Assembly (NCBI GenBank): GCA_015228685.1 | Contig: JADGCY010000009.1 | Coordinates: forward strand, 103,589 to 167,588 | DNA: 64,000 nucleotides | DNA from: Desulfobacterales bacterium | GTDB lineage: Bacteria > Desulfobacterota > Desulfobacteria > Desulfobacterales > YD0425bin51 | Direction of reading: 5' to 3' | In this document: piece by piece, positions 56,833 through 64,000 of the stretch | Layout: every line of letters begins with the position of its first letter | How positions within the stretch are numbered: position 1 is the first letter of the stretch | Notes under the pieces: generated by a model | Databases searched by the model: none | What the model saw: the letters and a program-made list of their open reading frames with translations, nothing else | Told to the model about the DNA's origin: nothing | Program-made: the position numbers and the translations under genes

Positions 56833-58128
56833 ATGAAAAAGCACTTTTTGATTTTATTATGTTTTTTAGTAATACTATTTATAAGTAGTATTACTTTAGC
56901 AGGAGACGTTGATACTTATCAAAGCAATTGGATTCATAAAGCGTTAGTTTTGCAAAGAAATTTAGATGCTAATGCTTCCTTGTCTCAAGTTCTATTTCAG
57001 TCAACTCATAATTCTTATAACTCTGCTGCATATAGGACACTTTTTAGATATATTGATCCAAATCACAAATATTCGCTAAAAGATCAACTAAGAATGGATA
57101 CCAGGGAAATAGAATTAGATGTACATAGATATTTTAGTATGAAAGGCTGGCCATGGCAATGGAAGGTTCAACTTTTACTTTCTCATGGTACAGATAAACA
57201 CATAGGAGTTGGCGCATTTGATAGAACCATTGATGAAGGGCTAACCGAAATCCGAGACTGGGCTAATATGGCAGAGAATAAAAATGAAATATTAATAATT
57301 GATATTGAAGATCATATGGATGGAGAATACGCACGAGCAGTAAAAAGTATTGAATCAATACTTGGAGCTTTAGTCTATAGACCAACTGATGCTAGATCTT
57401 CAAAAATTCCAATGAATATAACAAAGACTGACATATTAAAAACAGGTAAACGTATTCTTTTCATTTCTAAAGAAGGGAATAACAGCTCATGGAATAATTT
57501 AGTATTTAATGGCGTAGGAGACAGAACTGGTTTTATTCAATATAAACCTGGTGTTTTTAGATCATATCCTGACTGCGGATGCTATTCAGGAGAGTTAATA
57601 AGACATGAATATGACAATTATCTAATTAGATTTTATGAAGACAGCACAAATTTAAGCAAACTTTTTTCAGACCCTGGACCAAGGATAATTCCTAGTATGC
57701 TAAGAGAAATGGTTAGATGCGGTGTGAATATACCATCTGTTGACCAATTGGAACCTTATGATGGCAAATTGCAAAGCAGCGTTTGGAGCTGGGATGTAAA
57801 TAAACCTGATAGCAGCGGGCTTGGTAAAGATTATGTTGCTCAAAATGGAAATGGTCGTTTTGATAATTTAGCAGGAAACACAGAGTTGCCATGCGCATGT
57901 AAAAATATTTATACTAATGAGTGGTATATTTCAGATGAATCTGCTACATGGGATAAAGGAAATGAAGTTTGCGTAAAAGAAGCAGGAATATACTTTAAGT
58001 TCGGATTACCTATAAATGGTTATGATAATGAAAAGCTAAAAGAGGCAAAATCACAAAAAGGTGTTGATAAAGTTTGGATAAACTATGGATATCAAAAAAC
58101 ATTAGGTAAATGGATGTCATCTAATTAA
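56833..58128 (+). CDS. Secreted PLC-like phosphodiesterase (PI-PLC X-domain-like) protein
   Basis: Signal peptide MKKHFLILLCFLVILFISSITLAG. LFQSTHNSYNSAAY resembles the PI-PLC X-box catalytic His context. Confidence 0.55.
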   Translation: MKKHFLILLCFLVILFISSITLAGDVDTYQSNWIHKALVLQRNLDANASLSQVLFQSTHNSYNSAAYRTLFRYIDPNHKYSLKDQLRMDTREIELDVHRYFSMKGWPWQWKVQLLLSHGTDKHIGVGAFDRTIDEGLTEIRDWANMAENKNEILIIDIEDHMDGEYARAVKSIESILGALVYRPTDARSSKIPMNITKTDILKTGKRILFISKEGNNSSWNNLVFNGVGDRTGFIQYKPGVFRSYPDCGCYSGELIRHEYDNYLIRFYEDSTNLSKLFSDPGPRIIPSMLREMVRCGVNIPSVDQLEPYDGKLQSSVWSWDVNKPDSSGLGKDYVAQNGNGRFDNLAGNTELPCACKNIYTNEWYISDESATWDKGNEVCVKEAGIYFKFGLPINGYDNEKLKEAKSQKGVDKVWINYGYQKTLGKWMSSN

Positions 58129-58142
58129 AAATGATGTAAATA

Positions 58143-58173
58143 GATTTGACAACTTTTTAAAAGTTGTCAAATC
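58143..58173. promoter_or_regulatory. Perfect 31-bp palindrome (15-bp arms); terminator hairpin and/or operator
   Basis: GATTTGACAACTTTT-T-AAAAGTTGTCAAATC verified base by base. It lies between the PLC-like gene stop and the next gene's RBS. Confidence 0.5.
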
Positions 58174-58194
58174 TTTAAAATAAGGAGGATTTAT

Positions 58195-58752
58195 ATGGAT
58201 ATTTCAAAGATTCAAACTTATTCGTCAGTTATGAATTTGAAGAAAGCACAGAATAGTAATAAAAATTATCAGCTTGAATCAAAGGGAACAGAAGCAAAAA
58301 ATAAATTAGAAACTCAAGTAGCTGAATTTAAGCGTACTCTACAAGTTCAAATGCTGAACAACGTTAAAGAACAGGCTGGTGTTAGCCAAATAACAGGTCT
58401 CACAGAATCACAGTATAACCTAATATCTGATATAGAATATAATGGCAAACCCCTAACTGAATTATCTCAACCAGAAGCTTTAGAACTTGTAAGTGAAGAT
58501 GGTTATTTTGGGATTAACAAAACTTCAGATCGCATTGCTGATTTTGTAATAAAGGGCGCAGGAGATGATTTAAACCAATTAAAAGCAGGGAGAGAAGGTA
58601 TAATAAAAGGATTTAAAGAAGCAGAAAAATTGTGGGGAGGAAAACTTCCAGATATAAGCTATAAAACATTTGAAAAGTCTCTCGAAAAGATAGATAAACA
58701 GATATCTCAAGTTTCTGGCACCACAGGTGCAGTTATGGATATCGCAGTTTAA
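58195..58752 (+). CDS. Hypothetical protein (185 aa)
   Basis: ORF with AAGGAGG RBS. No motif was recognised. Confidence 0.45.
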   Translation: MDISKIQTYSSVMNLKKAQNSNKNYQLESKGTEAKNKLETQVAEFKRTLQVQMLNNVKEQAGVSQITGLTESQYNLISDIEYNGKPLTELSQPEALELVSEDGYFGINKTSDRIADFVIKGAGDDLNQLKAGREGIIKGFKEAEKLWGGKLPDISYKTFEKSLEKIDKQISQVSGTTGAVMDIAV

Positions 58753-58928
58753 AATATCTCATATTTATTGCCTCCTAATTTTTGTCATAGAGATTTCCTC
58801 TATCCTTAATATCCCTTATTAAAATTTACGTTAAAAACTATAATAGAGTTGCTTTTAAAGCCTCCTTACATTATATTTAAAAAATATTAAAATAAGAAAA
58901 AAATATAAAATATAGGAGGATTATTAAA

Positions 58929-60215
58929 ATGAGAGACGTTGTTATAGTAAGCGGCTGTAGAACTGCAATAGGTTCATTTGGAGGTTCATTAAAAGATATA
59001 CCAGCAATTGATCTTGGAGCTATTGTCATTAAAGATACTTTGAAAAAAGTAGGACTTAAACCTGTATCAGGTGATAATGCTTTAGAAAATGCGCCTGATA
59101 AGTTAAAGGGTCAAGGAATAATTCAAGTTGAAAAAAAAGGATATGATTGGGATGAAAATTTAACGCCTATTGCTGTTGATGAAGTTATAATGGGTAATGT
59201 TCTTCAAGCAGGGCTTGGTCAAAATCCTGCAAGACAGTCAATGATCAAAGCAGGAATTCCTAAAGAAACCCCTGCTGTCACAATAAACAAAGTGTGCGGT
59301 TCAGGTCTTAAAGCTATTGCAATGGCAGCTTCAAGTATCATGAGTGGGCAAGCAGATGTTATAATAGCTGGCGGACAGGAAAATATGAGCCTTGTTCCTT
59401 TGGCATTACCTAAAGCTAGATGGGGACATAGAATGGAAATCACTGGAATTGGTGAAGTTTATGACCTTATGGTTTTTGATGGATTATACGAAATTTTCTA
59501 TGGCTATCACATGGGAATTACAGCTGAAAATATTGCCGAAATGTATGGAATATCAAGATCAGAACAAGATGATCTTGGTGTTTTAAGTCATAATAGAGCA
59601 ATGAAAGCCATAAAGGATGGAATATTTGCACCAGAGATTTCTGGAATTACAATAAAGACCAAAAAAGGGGAAACAATATTTAATATTGATGAAAGGCCAA
59701 TGGAAACAGACATGGCAAAAATGGGAAAACTTAGACCAGCATTTAAAAAAGATGGGACTGTTACTGCTGGTAATGCTTCTGGTATAAATGATGCCGCTGC
59801 TGCAGTTTTAATGATGACATCAGATAAAGCAAGGGAGCTTAAATTAGAGCCGATTGTAAAGATAAAGGGATTTGCCTCAGGCGGTCTTGATCCTGCATAC
59901 ATGGGACTTGGACCAATTCCAGCGATTAAAAAAGTTCTAAAATCTACAAATCTAACAATAAATGATATAGATATGATAGAATTAAATGAGGCTTTTGCAT
60001 CTCAGGCAATAGCTTGCATGCGTGAACTTAAAATTGAAGTAGATAAACCAAATGAACTAGGAAGCGGCATATCTCTAGGCCATCCAATAGGCTGTACTGG
60101 AGCAAGGCAGATGGTAACAGGTATGTATCAAATGAAACGTAAAGATTATAAAACAGGTTTAATTACCATGTGCATTGGCGGTGGTATGGGAATGGCAATG
60201 ATAATTGAGCGTTAA
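58929..60215 (+). CDS. Acetyl-CoA C-acetyltransferase (thiolase II) with a ~35-aa N-terminal insertion
   Basis: Thiolase motifs MRDVVIVSGCRTAIGSFGGSL, VNKVCGSGLKAI (active Cys), NASGINDAAAA and GHPIGCTGAR. Confidence 0.9.
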   Translation: MRDVVIVSGCRTAIGSFGGSLKDIPAIDLGAIVIKDTLKKVGLKPVSGDNALENAPDKLKGQGIIQVEKKGYDWDENLTPIAVDEVIMGNVLQAGLGQNPARQSMIKAGIPKETPAVTINKVCGSGLKAIAMAASSIMSGQADVIIAGGQENMSLVPLALPKARWGHRMEITGIGEVYDLMVFDGLYEIFYGYHMGITAENIAEMYGISRSEQDDLGVLSHNRAMKAIKDGIFAPEISGITIKTKKGETIFNIDERPMETDMAKMGKLRPAFKKDGTVTAGNASGINDAAAAVLMMTSDKARELKLEPIVKIKGFASGGLDPAYMGLGPIPAIKKVLKSTNLTINDIDMIELNEAFASQAIACMRELKIEVDKPNELGSGISLGHPIGCTGARQMVTGMYQMKRKDYKTGLITMCIGGGMGMAMIIER

Positions 60216-60234
60216 ATATAGGAGAATTTAAAAT

Positions 60235-60393
60235 ATGAATATGAGCAGAAGACTTTCAATATTGGTTTTTAGCGGTGTTCCAGCTATTGTAGGAGGTGGG
60301 ATTGTTTATGCCTTATTTAATCATAATTATTCCGCAGTCTTCATTTATGAAGTTATTCTTATTTTAATAGTAATTGGATTTGCAAGTAAATAA
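60235..60393 (+). CDS. Possible small membrane protein (52 aa)
   Basis: AGGAGA RBS. Translation MNMSRRLSILVFSGVPAIVGGGIVYALFNHNYSAVFIYEVILILIVIGFASK has two hydrophobic helices. It ends 2 nt before the AI-2E transporter gene. Confidence 0.3.
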   Translation: MNMSRRLSILVFSGVPAIVGGGIVYALFNHNYSAVFIYEVILILIVIGFASK

Positions 60394-60395
60394 AA

Positions 60396-61490
60396 TTGAA
60401 TAACATTGAGAATAAAAATATGGTAAACAAAATATATAACCCTTTGATATTAAAATTTTTTTTAGCTCTTTTTTTAATCTCTTTTTTCCTTTTGGGCTGG
60501 CTTTTTTTTCCTTTTTTATCAATAATTATAATGTCTTGTGTTGTAACTGGAATTTTTAGCCCTGTATATAGGTTTTTAAAAAAACGTTTAAATCAATATG
60601 TAGCTTCATTTTTAACATGCACTATCATATTTTTAATTCTTTTTATACCTATTATTATTTGTCTAGCACTTCTTTCTAAAGAGGCTTATGGTGTTTATTT
60701 AATGGGTAAAGATGCAGCTTCTGGAGAGCAGCTAAAGAATTTTTTACAAACTAACAGACTTATTGAAAAAGGTATACAGCTTGCAAAAAATCTTCACTTA
60801 AATATTAATGCCCAGCAAATATATGACGGAATTGCTGAAATAGGCAAAACCATTGGTTTTTTCATTTTTAAGCAATCGAGTGCTATTGTTTCTAATCTAT
60901 TTCAGTTTTTTGTTAATTTTTTCTTTATGCTCCTTATTGTTTTTTTTCTTTTAGTTGACGGTCCAAGCCTTGTATCTTTTATAATTGACATTTCTCCTCT
61001 TCCCAAAGAAGAGGATGAAAAGCTAATTCAAAAATTTAAAGATATGGTTGGAGCAATGATTGTTGGAAACGGAGCTGCTGGTTTAATTCAAGGAATTGGA
61101 GGTGGAACTTTATTTGCATTATTTGGATTAGATTCACCTTTTTTATGGGGAGTTGTAATGGTTTTTCTTGCTTTTCTTCCCCTAATTGGAATAGGACTAA
61201 TCTTTGTACCTGCAATAATTTATTTATTTTTAAATGACCGTGTTATTTCTGCTGTATTTTTTATAATTTCCTATGTTGTGCTTTCTATAGGAAGTGAAAA
61301 TATTTTAAAGCCAAAGCTTATTGGCGATCGTGTCCAAATGCATACCTTACTGGTATTTTTATCCATAATAGGGGGTCTCAAACTATTCGGCATAGCTGGT
61401 ATAATTTATGGTCCTCTAGTTGTTACGGCATTTTTAACGCTAACTGATATATATCAAGCTAATTATCAAAAAATAGTTGAACCGGAGTAA
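60396..61490 (+). CDS. AI-2E family (UPF0118/PerM-like) transporter
   Basis: ~360 aa with 7-8 TM helices and the typical AI-2E layout (long N-terminal hairpin helices, a cytoplasmic loop, conserved C-terminal helices). Confidence 0.7.
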   Translation: MNNIENKNMVNKIYNPLILKFFLALFLISFFLLGWLFFPFLSIIIMSCVVTGIFSPVYRFLKKRLNQYVASFLTCTIIFLILFIPIIICLALLSKEAYGVYLMGKDAASGEQLKNFLQTNRLIEKGIQLAKNLHLNINAQQIYDGIAEIGKTIGFFIFKQSSAIVSNLFQFFVNFFFMLLIVFFLLVDGPSLVSFIIDISPLPKEEDEKLIQKFKDMVGAMIVGNGAAGLIQGIGGGTLFALFGLDSPFLWGVVMVFLAFLPLIGIGLIFVPAIIYLFLNDRVISAVFFIISYVVLSIGSENILKPKLIGDRVQMHTLLVFLSIIGGLKLFGIAGIIYGPLVVTAFLTLTDIYQANYQKIVEPE

Positions 61491-61495
61491 ATTAA

Positions 61496-63985
61496 ATGAT
61501 TACAGAAGATACACAGACACTTACTGAAAGAACACCTCAAATAAGCATTGATGTTGAGATGAAACGCTCATATCTTGATTATGCAATGAGCGTAATCATT
61601 GGAAGAGCCTTACCTGATGTTCGAGATGGTCTAAAACCTGTTCATCGTCGTGTGCTATTTGCAATGCATGAATTAAAAAATGATTATAATAAGCCCTTTA
61701 AAAAAGCTGCCCGTATAGTTGGAGATGTTATAGGTAAATATCATCCTCATGGAGATACAGCAGTTTATGATACCATTGTCAGGATGGCACAAGATTTCAG
61801 TTTAAGATATACGATAGTAGATGGACAAGGTAACTTTGGCTCTGTAGATGGGGATCCTCCAGCTGCAATGAGGTATACTGAAATAAGAATGACAAAACTT
61901 GCACATCAAATGCTTGAGGACCTCGAAAAAGAAACAGTTAATTTTGTGCCAAACTATGATGAATCTTTAACAGAGCCTTCGGTTTTGCCGTCTAAAATTC
62001 CCTGTCTTCTAATAAATGGTTCATCAGGTATTGCTGTTGGAATGGCAACGAATATACCTCCACATAATTTAAATGAAATTATTTTAGGTATAAAAGCTCT
62101 TATTAATAATCCTGATATTACTTTTGAAGAATTGTTAAACTATATTCCAGGTCCTGATTTCCCTACAGGAGGAATTATATGCGGAACTCAAGGCATTTAT
62201 GAGGCTTACAGAACTGGAAGGGGTATTATTAAGATTAGAGCAAAAGCTTTAGTTGAAAAGGATAAAAAAACTGGAACTGAAACAATTATTATAAAAGAAA
62301 TCCCTTATCAGGTCATAAAAGCTAAAATTATTGAAAAAATAGCTGAACTGATGAAAGATAAAAATCTTGAAGGAATAAAGTATGTAAGAGATGAATCTGA
62401 TAGGGAAGGAATGCGTATAGCAATAGGGCTTAAAAAAGATCAAAACTCTGATGTAATTTTAAATCAACTATATAAAAATACTCAACTTGAAACTAGTTTT
62501 GGGATTATCTTCCTTGCTATTGTAAATAACAGGCCTGAACTTTTAAGCATAAAAGAGCTTTTAGAGCATTTTATAATTCATAGGAAAGACATTATAACAA
62601 GGCGCACACAATATGAGCTTAAAAAAGCTGAGGAAAGGGCACATATATTAGAAGGCTTAAAAATTGCAATAGATCATCTTGATTCAGTTGTTACACTAAT
62701 TAGATCGTCAAAAACACCTGCTGAGGCTAAAGAAAGACTTCTATTAAAATTTAAATTAACACAAATTCAGGCTCAAGCTATTTTAGAGATGAGACTTCAG
62801 AGATTAACTGGTCTTGAGCGGGATAAAATAATAGAAGAATATGAAAATGTTTTAAAAGATATCGGAAAATATAAAGAAATTCTTGGTAATGACAAACTAG
62901 TCTTGAAAATTATAGAAGAAGAGATAACAGAAATACAAAATGAATTTGGAGATGAGAGAAGAACATTAATAGTTAAAGAAGTTCAAGATATAAAAATTGA
63001 AGATTTGATTCTTGAAGAAGATATGGTTGTAACTATTACTAATAGCGGTTATATAAAAAGAAGTCCAAGCAGTATATATCAAAGCCAGAGACGTGGCGGC
63101 AGAGGCAAAATAGGTATGGCAACCAAAGAAGAAGATTTTATTTCAAATCTCTTTATTGCTTCTACACACCACACTTTTTTATTTTTTACAAACTTAGGAA
63201 GAGTTTATAAATGCAAAGTTTATGACATCCCTCAAGCAACAAGACAAAGTAAAGGTAAAGCTATTATAAATCTTTTAAATTTTCAGCCAGAAGAGCGTTT
63301 AAGTACTGTTCTTGCTGTACCTTCCTTTGACAAAGGTCAATATATCTTTATGGCAACCAGACATGGAACAGTTAAAAAAGCTGATCTTATGTCTTTTGCT
63401 AACATTAGATCTGGAGGAATCATTGCTATAGGTCTTGATTCAGATGATGAACTTATATCAGCTAGACTTACTGATGGTAATTTAGATGTTTTTATGTGTT
63501 CTTCAGATGGTCAGGCTGTTCGTTTCCATGAGTCAGATGTTAGGTCAATGGGCAGAAATGCTGTTGGAGTTATAGGAATGAGACTTGATAAAGGAGATTA
63601 TATTGTTGGCATGGAAGTTTTAAGTCATGGCAAGGCAGTCCTTGCTGCTACTGAAAATGGATATGGAAAAAGGAGTTTGCTTGATGAATACATTATACAC
63701 AAACGAGGGGGCAAGGGAGTCATAACTATTAAAACAAGTGAACGCAATGGGAAAGTTGTTGCAATACTTCTTGTAGAAGAAGATGATGACATTATGCTAA
63801 TAACAGACAGAGGCAAAATTGTACGAACACCAGTAAAAGGAATTTCAGTTATTAGCAGAAATACTCAAGGAGTAAAACTTATTGGTATGGAAGAAGGGGA
63901 AAAGTTAGTTTGCATAGCAAGGCTTGCTGAAAAGGAAGAGGATGCACCTTTGTCTGAGGAAATTTTTGAAATAGAAAATGAATAA
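61496..63985 (+). CDS. gyrA: DNA gyrase subunit A
   Basis: [21 protein letters not shown], the active-site Tyr region (AAMRYTE), and C-terminal beta-pinwheel repeats. Length 829 aa. Confidence 0.95.
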   Translation: MITEDTQTLTERTPQISIDVEMKRSYLDYAMSVIIGRALPDVRDGLKPVHRRVLFAMHELKNDYNKPFKKAARIVGDVIGKYHPHGDTAVYDTIVRMAQDFSLRYTIVDGQGNFGSVDGDPPAAMRYTEIRMTKLAHQMLEDLEKETVNFVPNYDESLTEPSVLPSKIPCLLINGSSGIAVGMATNIPPHNLNEIILGIKALINNPDITFEELLNYIPGPDFPTGGIICGTQGIYEAYRTGRGIIKIRAKALVEKDKKTGTETIIIKEIPYQVIKAKIIEKIAELMKDKNLEGIKYVRDESDREGMRIAIGLKKDQNSDVILNQLYKNTQLETSFGIIFLAIVNNRPELLSIKELLEHFIIHRKDIITRRTQYELKKAEERAHILEGLKIAIDHLDSVVTLIRSSKTPAEAKERLLLKFKLTQIQAQAILEMRLQRLTGLERDKIIEEYENVLKDIGKYKEILGNDKLVLKIIEEEITEIQNEFGDERRTLIVKEVQDIKIEDLILEEDMVVTITNSGYIKRSPSSIYQSQRRGGRGKIGMATKEEDFISNLFIASTHHTFLFFTNLGRVYKCKVYDIPQATRQSKGKAIINLLNFQPEERLSTVLAVPSFDKGQYIFMATRHGTVKKADLMSFANIRSGGIIAIGLDSDDELISARLTDGNLDVFMCSSDGQAVRFHESDVRSMGRNAVGVIGMRLDKGDYIVGMEVLSHGKAVLAATENGYGKRSLLDEYIIHKRGGKGVITIKTSERNGKVVAILLVEEDDDIMLITDRGKIVRTPVKGISVISRNTQGVKLIGMEEGEKLVCIARLAEKEEDAPLSEEIFEIENE

Positions 63986-64000
63986 AGGAGAAGGTCATAG

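Noticed and set aside
1-64000. CRISPR arrays, tRNA/rRNA genes, IS elements/transposases, integrases
   Set aside because: No regularly spaced direct repeats, cloverleaf-compatible segments, or DDE/tyrosine-recombinase-like ORFs were seen. All long ORFs were assignable to other families or are hypothetical without transposase motifs.

Overview
AT-rich (by eye) chromosomal window from a Gram-negative bacterium. LPS genes (waaA, lpxK, an LptF/G-family permease) and many hybrid sensor kinases suggest a Deltaproteobacteria-like lifestyle. Coding density is high on both strands. No rRNA, tRNA or CRISPR array was detected. Content from left to right: (i) a 5'-truncated MCP followed by cheB, cheR and a CheY-like receiver (no cheA/cheW in the window); (ii) an N6-adenine DNA methyltransferase with no visible partner nuclease, and gldA; (iii) an EF-hand membrane protein, an LptF/G permease and a 7TMR-DISM hybrid kinase; (iv) two substrate-binding proteins and an O-methyltransferase; (v) an accessory-looking block: a DUF4258/DUF2283 toxin-antitoxin-like pair, an HD-GYP protein, and a tightly packed five-gene unit of a PncA-like nicotinamidase, a TerY-like vWA protein, a PP2C phosphatase, a Ser/Thr kinase and a hybrid His-kinase, which is a TerY-P-type phospho-signalling/defence triad with two extra partners; (vi) glgP, a permease and a His-rich secreted protein; (vii) waaA-lpxK and a speA/carboxynorspermidine polyamine operon; (viii) the most unusual locus: an unannotated 52-aa Cys-containing peptide ORF, then a radical-SAM/SPASM enzyme with an N-terminal PqqD-like RRE, an S26-like peptidase, a secreted C25 (gingipain-like) peptidase, a PF14907-like nucleotidyltransferase, an HprK-related P-loop kinase and a stand-alone PqqD protein, all co-directional with small gaps or overlaps, which together look like a candidate novel RiPP-type peptide modification system; (ix) two REC-His-kinase hybrids, a PLC-like protein, a thiolase, an AI-2E transporter and gyrA. 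Several strong palindromes lie in intergenic regions.
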